DNA of 64,000 bases from an uncultured Clostridia bacterium (GTDB taxonomy: Bacteria > Bacillota > Clostridia > TANB77 > CAG-508): NCBI GenBank assembly GCA_934119935.1, contig CAKOSX010000002.1, forward strand, positions 44,294 to 108,293, in the 5' to 3' direction. The number at the start of each line of letters is the position of its first letter. Position 1 is the first letter of the stretch. The notes under the pieces were generated by a model that saw nothing but the letters and a program-made list of their open reading frames with translations, was not told where the DNA came from and made no database searches. Positions 28,715-37,857 of the stretch are shown here, one piece after another. The position numbers and the translations under genes are program-made.

Positions 28715-28968
28715 ATTTTAATTTTTTTAAACTTCGGTACGGCGCTCTTGGTCGGAGCTCCTTCGGACTCCTCAAAGGGCGAGCTTGACCTTGTTTTGCA
28801 AAAATGAAAATTGGCATGCAATATAAAGGTATAAATAGCCAATTTAAATTTTTTTAAACTTTGGTACGGCGTTCTTGGTCGGAGCTCCTTCGGACTCCTC
28901 AAAGGGCGAGCTTGACCTTGTTTTGCAAAAATGAAAATTGGTAATGCAATAAATCTAAATTTTAATTT
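28715..28968. repeat. Tandem direct repeat (2 x about 127 bp) carrying repeat-family copies C and D (reverse orientation)
   Basis: AATTT(T/A)AATTTTTTTAAACTT(C/T)GGTACGGCG(C/T)TCTTGGTCGGAGCTCCTTCGGACTCCTCAAAGGGCGAGCTTGACCTTGTTTTGCAAAAATGAAAATTGG repeated with period 127 and 3 mismatches; occupies the hisS leader. Confidence 0.7.
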
Positions 28969-28997
28969 TGCCGTTTTGAGGCGAGAAAGGAGAAAAT

Positions 28998-30365
28998 ATG
29001 GGAAAGACAGAACCAAGAACTCTACCGGGTTTTATGGAACTTTTGCCAAGTGAGCAGATTTTATTTGATGATATGAAGCAGAAGATTGAAAAGTCGTATC
29101 AAAAGTTTGGATTTTTGCCAATAGATACGCCTATAATTGAGTATGCTGAAGTATTGCTTGCAAAGGCTGGTGGAGAAACAGAAAAGCAAATATACAGATT
29201 TGAAAAAGGTGATACGGATTTAGCTTTAAGGTTTGATTTAACTGTACCACTTGCAAAATATGTAGCAAAAAATTATGGAAATTTAAGTTTTCCGTTTAGA
29301 AGATATCAAATAGGAAAAGTATATAGAGGCGAAAAAGCGCAAAAAGGAAGATATAGAGAGTTTTATCAATGTGACATAGATATAATTGGAGATGAAACTC
29401 TAGACATTATAAATGATGCAGAGCTTCCGGCTGTAATTTACTCAACTTTTAGAACTTTAGGATTTGAGAATTTTACAATAAAAATAAATAACAGAAAAAT
29501 TCTAAATGGCTTATTTGAAGGGATTGGCCAAAAAGATAAATCTGTAGAAATCTTAAGAATAATCGATAAAATAGATAAAATTGGAGAGCAAGCTGTAAGA
29601 AAAGAAATAGCTGAGCTTGGAGTAGACGAAAAAATAGTAAATACAATAATAGATTTTATAAGAATAGACGGAAGTGCAGACGAAAAGATAGAAAAACTTG
29701 AAAAAATGGACTTATATAGTGCAAATATTGTGGAAAACGATAATCAAAATGCAGAAAATATGACAAATGCAATATTTACAAAAGGCGTAAATGAGTTAAA
29801 AGAAGTAGTTGAAAATATTAGATTATTTGGAGTGCCAGATAAAAACTTTACAGTTGATCTTACGATAGCAAGAGGTTTAGATTATTATACAGGAACTGTA
29901 TATGAAACATTCTTAAATGACTATAGAGAAATTGGAAGTGTTTGCTCTGGAGGAAGATATGAAAATTTAGCAGAAAATTACACAGATAGAAAACTTCCAG
30001 GAGTTGGTGTATCAATAGGTCTAACAAGATTATTCTACAAATTAAATGAATTAAATTTAATTAAAGCAGATAAAAAATCAATTTCTGATGTATTAATAAT
30101 TCCAATGACAGAAAATAAAAAAATTCCATTAGAATTAGCAACAAATTTAAGAAATATAGGTATAAATACAGAAATATATTTGAATAATAAAAAAATAAAA
30201 GCAAAAATGAAATATGCAGACAAGCTTGAAATTCCATATGTAATAGTAATTGGCGATGATGAAATTGCAAACAATACAGTAAAAGTAAAAAATATGGAAA
30301 CAGGAGAAGAAAAATCAACAGATTTTAATGCAGAAAGCGTTAAAAAAGTGATAAAAGGAGAATAA
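28998..30365 (+). CDS. hisS: Histidine--tRNA ligase (class II, divergent N-terminus)
   Basis: Motif 2-like RRYQIGKVYRGEKAQKGRYREFYQCDIDIIG; C-terminal anticodon-binding domain; AAGGAG RBS. Confidence 0.75.
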   Translation: MGKTEPRTLPGFMELLPSEQILFDDMKQKIEKSYQKFGFLPIDTPIIEYAEVLLAKAGGETEKQIYRFEKGDTDLALRFDLTVPLAKYVAKNYGNLSFPFRRYQIGKVYRGEKAQKGRYREFYQCDIDIIGDETLDIINDAELPAVIYSTFRTLGFENFTIKINNRKILNGLFEGIGQKDKSVEILRIIDKIDKIGEQAVRKEIAELGVDEKIVNTIIDFIRIDGSADEKIEKLEKMDLYSANIVENDNQNAENMTNAIFTKGVNELKEVVENIRLFGVPDKNFTVDLTIARGLDYYTGTVYETFLNDYREIGSVCSGGRYENLAENYTDRKLPGVGVSIGLTRLFYKLNELNLIKADKKSISDVLIIPMTENKKIPLELATNLRNIGINTEIYLNNKKIKAKMKYADKLEIPYVIVIGDDEIANNTVKVKNMETGEEKSTDFNAESVKKVIKGE

Positions 30366-30369
30366 AAAG

Positions 30370-31719
30370 ATGAAAAATAAAAAAGTTTTAATTGTAATAA
30401 TAGTATTATTGATTATATTAACTGTTTGCGGAGGTGCTTTCGCCTATGTGTACTTTGCAACAGATTTATTAAAAAGTAATTCACAAATGTTTTCTAAATA
30501 TGGAACCATGTTAAATATGGAATTATATAATTTCTTTTATGATGAAAACATAAAAACGTATTATACAAATAAGTCAGCCAATAATTATGAAAATACTGGA
30601 GCATTAAAAATAAAGTCGGATGGAAATACAGATGTTAATACAGATTTAAACCTTACTTTTAAAGGGGCAACAGACATAGATAATGATAATTTTGAACAAG
30701 AAATAACTATTAACTATTCGGATTCTGAAAAATTTGCATTTAAATTTGTAAAAAATAATCAGATGATTGCACTTGGCTCTGATGAAGTTGCTAATAAATA
30801 TGTAGGAATAAAAAACGAAAATTTAAGTGATTTGTCTAACAAATTAGGACTAGGAGAAGGTATAGAAATTCCAGATAGTATAGAATTAAATAAATCTGAA
30901 ATGACAATTCAAGATGTTAGAAGCTTGGTAATCAAATATATAGGAAAATTGGCAGGACAACTTTCAGAGTCAAATTTCTCAAAGAATAATAATACATCAT
31001 ACACATTAACAATTGAAAAAGATAATTTAAAAAATATTATAATATATTGCTTGAATGAGGCTAAGAATGATTCGGAAATTATTGAAATGTTGGGAATGAG
31101 TAACGATATATCTAAATACCAAGATAATATTGATCAAGCAATTAATAAATTAAATGAGCAAGATTTTTCGAATATATCTATCAAAATGACATTAACAAAT
31201 ACTGAAAATGGTGGAGAAGCTGATGTTGAGATAAACACAGATGGATATAGTTCAAAATCTTCTATAATATTAGAACAAGGAAATAACATAAAAATAAAAC
31301 AAACAACTACTTCATATGCATCAAATGTAATTACAGAAGAAACAACTTCTACTTCAAAGGAAACAGTATATACAATATCTAAAGAAGAATCTGCAAGCAA
31401 GAGCAAATACACAATAACAAGTATACAAGACAATGATTCACTTGAAATTGGGTTCGAATTAGATAATATTTCTAATAATGGCGCAACTGAAAAAGTTTAT
31501 GTAACATATGATGCTGATGATGCTAAATTTGATGCAGAATATAATAATGCAATAACATTTAAAGATGTAACGGTTACGGAATTAAATGGTAATAACAGTA
31601 TTGCATTAAACGATTACAACCAAGAAGAATTAGGAATCCTGCTGCAGCAACTATTTATACAAACTATTACTGTAAATTCTCAGAAAATGCAAAATGCATA
31701 TGGTGTTAGTTTGTTTTAA
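30370..31719 (+). CDS. Hypothetical membrane-anchored Asn/Ser/Thr-rich protein
   Basis: N-terminal TM helix (VLIVIIVLLIILTVCGGAFAYVYF), low-complexity extracytoplasmic region; no recognisable domain. Confidence 0.5.
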   Translation: MKNKKVLIVIIVLLIILTVCGGAFAYVYFATDLLKSNSQMFSKYGTMLNMELYNFFYDENIKTYYTNKSANNYENTGALKIKSDGNTDVNTDLNLTFKGATDIDNDNFEQEITINYSDSEKFAFKFVKNNQMIALGSDEVANKYVGIKNENLSDLSNKLGLGEGIEIPDSIELNKSEMTIQDVRSLVIKYIGKLAGQLSESNFSKNNNTSYTLTIEKDNLKNIIIYCLNEAKNDSEIIEMLGMSNDISKYQDNIDQAINKLNEQDFSNISIKMTLTNTENGGEADVEINTDGYSSKSSIILEQGNNIKIKQTTTSYASNVITEETTSTSKETVYTISKEESASKSKYTITSIQDNDSLEIGFELDNISNNGATEKVYVTYDADDAKFDAEYNNAITFKDVTVTELNGNNSIALNDYNQEELGILLQQLFIQTITVNSQKMQNAYGVSLF

Positions 31720-31811
31720 TGAGTAAAAACTATAACAAATTAAAAAATTCATTACGAAGTTATATATCGTAATGAATTTTTTTTATAAGTATTAAGAAAA
31801 AATCTGTTGTA

Positions 31812-32933
31812 CTAATTTTGAATCAAAGAAAGAACTTTTGCTAAATATTTCATACTAGCCATAGATTGTTCTAGGGTATTTCCTGTTGCACCAACTTCTA
31901 TTATACAAGCGGCTTTTCCTAATTGTTGGTTGTATCTGCTGTTTCGTAATAGGATAGGCCTAAATAAACCAGGGTATAATTCATTTGCTTTCTGTTGTAC
32001 TTTTATTGCAAATTGTAAATTCTTTTGCCAATCAGGATGCTCTAGTCCACCTCCATCGGTTCCAATTACAAACATCAATTGAGAAACGACTTCATCTCCA
32101 ATTTTTACAGATGGAGCATATGAAGTATCGGCAATAGCGTCTCTATGTAAATCTATAATAATATCTGTATTTGAATGTGAAATAAGTAAATTTTCAATTG
32201 TTGCCATAGACCTACCATATGAACCAGAATATGATGGATAATCGTGGTAAGTATTGTCATGTGTAACGGTAAAACCATAGGAGGTGAGTTGGTCAGAAAG
32301 AGAGTTCCCAACACGAACTACAGAATAGTTTAGGTCTGTGGTTCTAAAAGTACCGCTCTCCTCATAAGAGAAATTTTCAGTAGGAGTATAACTTTCGCAT
32401 GTATGGGTATGAAAAATAATAACATTGGATGTATTAATTTCTAAATTATCATAATTTAACATATCGTCAGTTAAAGTGTAATTTGTGCCATTTTTAATCT
32501 CTACGCCTCGATAATCATTTGTAAATTTGTTTGGAACATTTGATGCAATAACTTGAGTTTCAAGATTTGTGCCAACATGCTCAACATTTGTATTATTATC
32601 AGTGTTTTCTGACGCAATTACAGGAGTATCAGAAGAAGGTTCTTCATTTTCGTGTGTAGCAAGTTCAATAGAAGACATTATAGGAAGCTGTGAATTAAGT
32701 AAAAATTGTAATGGGCTTTTTGATTCAATATAGGAAGTCTCTATTGCTGGAAAATCTGAATTGTTTGCTATACCTATGCCTGGAATAGTTTTACTTAGAA
32801 TAAAAGGAGAAAAGGCAAATTTACTTAAGTAAGATGGTAAGTTCTGCATAAAATAAATTGTACAGATTACAATAAATAAATAGAGTAGGCATTTTAGAAT
32901 TTTTTTTATGTTTATAACGGCTACGTTTAGCAT
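31812..32933 (-). CDS. spoIIP: Stage II sporulation protein P (SpoIIP) family
   Basis: N-terminal TM anchor; conserved amidase-like core IIFHTHTCESY...IIDLHRDA...GTDGGG; AAGGAG RBS. Confidence 0.72.
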   Translation of the reverse strand: MLNVAVINIKKILKCLLYLFIVICTIYFMQNLPSYLSKFAFSPFILSKTIPGIGIANNSDFPAIETSYIESKSPLQFLLNSQLPIMSSIELATHENEEPSSDTPVIASENTDNNTNVEHVGTNLETQVIASNVPNKFTNDYRGVEIKNGTNYTLTDDMLNYDNLEINTSNVIIFHTHTCESYTPTENFSYEESGTFRTTDLNYSVVRVGNSLSDQLTSYGFTVTHDNTYHDYPSYSGSYGRSMATIENLLISHSNTDIIIDLHRDAIADTSYAPSVKIGDEVVSQLMFVIGTDGGGLEHPDWQKNLQFAIKVQQKANELYPGLFRPILLRNSRYNQQLGKAACIIEVGATGNTLEQSMASMKYLAKVLSLIQN

Positions 32934-33084
32934 GTGAATCTCCTTAATTATATTTTTTAATAAGGCTTGTCGCCTATAATAAATGTATGCAAGTATTACA
33001 AAAATATTACTAAAACACTTGAAACAAATGAAAAATTAATATATTATAAGTACTGTAAATATAATAAACAAAGGAGTGAATGAT

Positions 33085-34395
33085 ATGGTAGGAATAAAAT
33101 TGGATATTAAAAATTCAGGTGTGGCTGAAGAAGATATTTTTAAGTATGGAAAAGAAGTTGCTAAAATTCACGATAAACTACATGAGAAAAAAGACGATGA
33201 AAAAGAATTTTTAGGATGGCTAGAACTACCAACAAAATATAATAAAAAAGAATTTAAAAAAATAAAAGAATGTGCACAAAGAATACAAAAAAATTCAGAT
33301 GTATTGCTTGTAATAGGAATTGGTGGATCATATTTAGGTGCTAGAGCAGTTACAGAGGCTTTAACAAACTCTTTTTATAATTTGCAGGATAAAAAGATTA
33401 GAAAATTACCACAAATAATATATGTTGGAAATAATTTAAGCTCAAATTATATAAACGATGTAATAGAATTAATCAGTGACAAAGATTTTTCTATAAATGT
33501 AATTTCAAAATCTGGAACCACGACCGAACCTGCTATTGCATTTAGAGTATTTAGAGAATTATTAGAAGCTAAGTATGATTTAGAGGAGGCTAGAAGCAGA
33601 ATTTATGTCACAACTGACAAAGAAAAAGGAGCATTAAAGCAATTAGCAGACAAAGAAAAATATGAAACATTTGTTATACCAGATAATGTTGGTGGTAGAT
33701 ATTCCGTTTTAACTGCAGTCGGACTTTTGCCAATTGCTGTAGCTGGTATAGACATAGATAAACTTATGAAAGGTGCGAGATTTGCACAAGATAAGTATTG
33801 TGACTCTGATTTAAAATATAATGAGTGTTACAAATATGCTGTGGTCAGAAATATTTTGTACAAACAGGACAAAAATATTGAAATATTGGCTAATTATGAA
33901 CCAAAGATGCATTATATGACAGAGTGGTGGAAACAACTATATGGAGAAAGTGAAGGAAAAAATGGCAAAGGAATATTCCCAACTGGGGTTGACTTCACAA
34001 CAGATCTACACTCATTAGGACAATATATTCAAGAAGGAAGAAGAAATTTATTTGAAACAGTAATACGAATAGAAAGACCTGAGACTAACATCTCTATTAA
34101 CATAGATGAAGATGATTTAGATGGGTTAAATTATTTGGCTGGTAAATCATTAGACTTTGTTAATAAAAAAGCCATGGAAGGCACAATAGAAGCACATGTG
34201 GATGGAGGAGTACCAAACATATTGATTACTATACAAGAGCTAAATGAAGAAATGGTTGGTCAATTAATATATTTCTTCGAACTTGCATGTGCAATGTCTG
34301 GTTCAATACTTGGAGTAAATCCATTCAATCAACCAGGAGTTGAAAAATACAAGAAAAACATGTTTAGATTACTAGGAAAACCAACTAAAAAATAG
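33085..34395 (+). CDS. pgi: Glucose-6-phosphate isomerase
   Basis: SIS-domain motif [13 protein letters not shown]; about 437 aa Firmicute-type PGI; ATG at 33085 sits 8 nt after the AAGGAG RBS. Confidence 0.88.
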   Translation: MVGIKLDIKNSGVAEEDIFKYGKEVAKIHDKLHEKKDDEKEFLGWLELPTKYNKKEFKKIKECAQRIQKNSDVLLVIGIGGSYLGARAVTEALTNSFYNLQDKKIRKLPQIIYVGNNLSSNYINDVIELISDKDFSINVISKSGTTTEPAIAFRVFRELLEAKYDLEEARSRIYVTTDKEKGALKQLADKEKYETFVIPDNVGGRYSVLTAVGLLPIAVAGIDIDKLMKGARFAQDKYCDSDLKYNECYKYAVVRNILYKQDKNIEILANYEPKMHYMTEWWKQLYGESEGKNGKGIFPTGVDFTTDLHSLGQYIQEGRRNLFETVIRIERPETNISINIDEDDLDGLNYLAGKSLDFVNKKAMEGTIEAHVDGGVPNILITIQELNEEMVGQLIYFFELACAMSGSILGVNPFNQPGVEKYKKNMFRLLGKPTKK

Positions 34396-34404
34396 AAATT
34401 TGTA

Positions 34405-34433
34405 TTGACATAACACAAAAAAAGTACTATTAT
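34405..34433 (+). promoter_or_regulatory. thrS promoter TTGACA-17-TATTAT
   Basis: Exact -35, 17-nt spacer, near-consensus -10. Confidence 0.6.
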
Positions 34434-34439
34434 AAGAAT

Positions 34440-34656
34440 ATGTAAATAGATAAGCAATGAGAAAAAGTAAAATAAAGGTTACTTTTAGAGAGGAATTGCC
34501 ATAGGCTGAAAGCAATTCTAAGCAAACGTATTCGAAAAACTACCTCACAGAAAACTCTGGCGAAAGCTTGCTTAGTAAATTAAGTAAAAAATTAGGATGG
34601 AACCGTGCATATATGCACTCCTAAATGTTAAAAGCATTTGGGAGTGTTTTTGTTTT
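34440..34656 (+). promoter_or_regulatory. T-box riboswitch leader (Thr-specific) controlling thrS
   Basis: Conserved T-box sequence AAATTAGGATGGAACCGTG at 34588-34607; terminator CACTCCTAAATG / CATTTGGGAGTG plus T-run; candidate ACC/ACU specifier in AAAACTACCTC. Confidence 0.75.
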
Positions 34657-34680
34657 CCAGATGCAAAAGGAGGATTTTTT

Positions 34681-36606
34681 ATGATAATTACATTAAAAGA
34701 TGGAAGCAAAAGAGAAGTACAGGAAGGTATTTCTGTAATAGACCTTGCAAAAGAAATTAGCGAAGGTTTAGCAAGAGTTGCAACTGCAGGAAGAGTAGAT
34801 GGAAAGGTTGTTGATTTAAGATACAACTTAAACAAAGACTGCAATGTAGAAATTTTAACATTTGATGATGAAGATGGAAAAAAAGCATACTGGCATACAA
34901 CATCTCACATAATGGCACAAGCTATCAAGAGATTATATAAAGATGTTAAGCTTGCGATTGGACCAGCTATAGATGACGGATTTTACTATGATTTCGACAC
35001 AGAATACAGATTTTCAGAGGCTGATTTCGAGAAGATAGAAGCTGAAATGAAAAAAATTATAAAAGAAGATTTACCAATAGAGAGATTTGAACTTCCAAGA
35101 AGCGAAGCTATCAAATTAATGAAAGATGCAGGAGAAGATTACAAGGTAGAATTAATAGAAGACTTACCAGAAGACGAAGTTTTATCATTCTACAAACAAG
35201 GTGAATTCACAGATTTATGTGCAGGACCTCATTTAATGAGTACTGGAAAAGTAAAATGTGTTAAGTTATTATCGACTTCAGGAGCTTACTGGAGAGGCGA
35301 CGAAAAAAATAAGATGCTTCAAAGAATTTATGCTATATCATTCCCAAAGGCAAGCTTGCTTGAAGAACATTTAGCAAAATTAGAAGAAGCAAAACAAAGA
35401 GACCACAGAAAATTAGGAAAAGACCTAGAATTATTCATGACACATAAATTAGTAGGTTCAGGACTTCCAATGTATTTGCCAAATGGTGCAACAGTAAGAA
35501 GATTACTAGAAAGATACATTCAAGACAAAGAAATAAGAATGGGTTACAAACACGTATACACACCATCACTTGCAAACGTTGAACTATACAAAACATCAGG
35601 ACACTGGGATCACTACAAAGAAGATATGTTCCCAGTAATGAAAATGGACAACGAAGAATTAGTATTAAGACCAATGAATTGCCCACATCACATGTTAATA
35701 TTCAAGAGCAAAATGCGTTCATACAAAGATTTACCAATAAGAATTGGTGAATTAGCACATGACTTCAGATATGAAGATAGTGGTACAGTTTGTGGTATTG
35801 AAAGAGTACGTGAAATGTGCCAAAATGATGCTCACTTATTCGTAAGACCAGACCAAATAAAAGATGAAGTTGGAAAAGTTGTAAAATTAATACTAGACGT
35901 TTACAAAGATTTTGGATTTAAAGATTATAAATTCAGATTATCATTAAGAGATAAAAACGACAAGCACAAATATTTTGACGATGACGAAATGTGGGACAAG
36001 GCAGAAAGTCAACTTCGTGAAATATTAACAGAATTAGGATTAGACTTCTACGAGGCAGAAGGCGAAGCAGCATTTTATGGACCAAAGCTAGATGTACAAT
36101 TAAAATCAGCAATAGGACATGATGTAACAGTTTCAACTTGCCAATTAGACTTCTTATTACCACAGAGATTCGAGCTAGAATACATTGGTGAAGATGGAAA
36201 AGCTCACAGACCAGTTGTAATACATAGAGCAATACTTGGAACACTAGACAGATTTATGGCATTCTTAATAGAAGAAACAAAAGGAGCATTCCCAACATGG
36301 CTTGCACCAGTACAAGTAAAAGTACTTCCAATATCAGACAAACACTTAGAATATGCAAACAAAGTTAAAGAAGCATTACAAGATAAAGAAATAAGAGTAG
36401 AAGTAGACGATAGAGCAGAAAAAATCGGATACAAAATACGTGAAGCACAACTTCAAAAAGTTCCATACATGCTAGTTGTTGGAGATAAAGAACAAGAGGC
36501 AGGAGAAGTCGGAGTTCGTAACAGAAAAGACGGAGACGTTGGAGCAATGAAGCTAGAAGACTTCGTTGAAAAAATAGATGAAGAAATAAAAACATTTGCA
36601 AAATAA
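34681..36606 (+). CDS. thrS: Threonine--tRNA ligase
   Basis: TGS N-terminal domain, class II catalytic core, C-terminal anticodon-binding domain; AAAGGAGG RBS. Confidence 0.93.
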   Translation: MIITLKDGSKREVQEGISVIDLAKEISEGLARVATAGRVDGKVVDLRYNLNKDCNVEILTFDDEDGKKAYWHTTSHIMAQAIKRLYKDVKLAIGPAIDDGFYYDFDTEYRFSEADFEKIEAEMKKIIKEDLPIERFELPRSEAIKLMKDAGEDYKVELIEDLPEDEVLSFYKQGEFTDLCAGPHLMSTGKVKCVKLLSTSGAYWRGDEKNKMLQRIYAISFPKASLLEEHLAKLEEAKQRDHRKLGKDLELFMTHKLVGSGLPMYLPNGATVRRLLERYIQDKEIRMGYKHVYTPSLANVELYKTSGHWDHYKEDMFPVMKMDNEELVLRPMNCPHHMLIFKSKMRSYKDLPIRIGELAHDFRYEDSGTVCGIERVREMCQNDAHLFVRPDQIKDEVGKVVKLILDVYKDFGFKDYKFRLSLRDKNDKHKYFDDDEMWDKAESQLREILTELGLDFYEAEGEAAFYGPKLDVQLKSAIGHDVTVSTCQLDFLLPQRFELEYIGEDGKAHRPVVIHRAILGTLDRFMAFLIEETKGAFPTWLAPVQVKVLPISDKHLEYANKVKEALQDKEIRVEVDDRAEKIGYKIREAQLQKVPYMLVVGDKEQEAGEVGVRNRKDGDVGAMKLEDFVEKIDEEIKTFAK

Positions 36607-36665
36607 AATATACAATGGAAAAGCAACAATATATCGAACAATATTGTTGCTTTTTTATAATAAAA

Positions 36666-37553
36666 TTATGCATTTTCATCAATAATTTTTTGAACATCAG
36701 CCTCTGACATTTCAACTGCTTTAGCAATCTGCAAAACTGTAAGGTTCATAGAGTGCAAATTTTTTATTATTTGAATTTTCCCTTCTTTTTCACCACGAAG
36801 TCGACCAGCTTTGTAAATAGCTTTTTCATCCATTATAGCTTTTTCTTTTAATTCTGCGAGTCTTCTAAGTTGTTCATCTTTACTTCTTTCATGAACCTCT
36901 ATAACAGCATCTTTAATATCATTATTCTTTTCCATAATCTCTTTAACCTCCCTAGAATTAGGGTCATCTAAAAATAACATCCACTGTGCCTTTTTATCAA
37001 GCTTATTCTTATAGTATGTATTTTTAACCTTATCTAGTTCTAGTATACAAATTTCAATTGCGTCTGTCAATACTAAATCTGGATGATTTTTTTCGCAAAG
37101 TTTCCATACAGTTTCCATTTCCGAAATTGTTTGAGTAAGTTCCAAAGGATAATCAATTATTGCTATTAATATTACTTTTTTAGCTTCAGTGTAGTTGTCA
37201 CCACGTTTGATTTCAGAAGCATACAACCTTGAAAAATAAAAAAGTAATCGTTCAGCAAAGTTTGCTCTTTCGATGAGCTGAATTTCAACATCAACTTTTT
37301 CACTATTGTTGATGTCTAGTTCTAAATCTAAAATGCCAAGTTTGTCACCAGGAGCATCACGAACTAAAATTTGATCACTATTAATAATCATTTTTGTGAT
37401 TTTCTCGTCGAGTAAGGCTTCAACAAAGGCTTTGGTAATTCTTTCGTTATTTTGATTGAATATGCTTTGAAAAACGACGTCATTCTTTGGTTTTAAGAGT
37501 TTCTTTTCTTCTGTTTGAACTGGTGAATTATTCTTCTTCAATAATTGTCCCAC
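36666..37553 (-). CDS. Rpn family recombination-promoting nuclease / putative transposase (PD-(D/E)XK)
   Basis: N-terminal VVFQSIFNQ motif, PD-(D/E)XK-like core LGILDLELD...VDVEIQL, C-terminal EGKIQIIKNLHSMNLTVLQIAKAVEMS typical of this family. Confidence 0.6.
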   Translation of the reverse strand: MGQLLKKNNSPVQTEEKKLLKPKNDVVFQSIFNQNNERITKAFVEALLDEKITKMIINSDQILVRDAPGDKLGILDLELDINNSEKVDVEIQLIERANFAERLLFYFSRLYASEIKRGDNYTEAKKVILIAIIDYPLELTQTISEMETVWKLCEKNHPDLVLTDAIEICILELDKVKNTYYKNKLDKKAQWMLFLDDPNSREVKEIMEKNNDIKDAVIEVHERSKDEQLRRLAELKEKAIMDEKAIYKAGRLRGEKEGKIQIIKNLHSMNLTVLQIAKAVEMSEADVQKIIDENA

Positions 37554-37857
37554 CTTTCAAATTGAATTTTATAGTGCAAAGAATAAAATATTAAATTATT
37601 AATTTGAAAATGTAAAAGAAAATAAGGGCTAAGAAATAAAATAATAGAAAAAATATTCATGACTATAATAAAAATATTATATGCTGAAAGTACTGCAAAT
37701 GCAAGAAAAATCGTACGCCAAAAAACGACAAAATTGTGTTGGAAAATGTAACTAGACATTTGCTTTTTTTATTATACAATAAATTTTTATAGCATTATTA
37801 ATAAAGTTGTGATATACTAATTCAGTAATTTAATTTGCAAAATTTGGAGGAGCAAAT

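Noticed and set aside
28715-28968. Possible CRISPR array
   Set aside because: There are only two copies of a 127-bp unit with no short repeat-spacer periodicity, and no cas genes are in the window.
28690-29016. 108-aa minus-strand ORF spanning the hisS leader
   Set aside because: It lies entirely within the 127-bp tandem repeat and runs antisense into the hisS start. It is produced by the repeat sequence.
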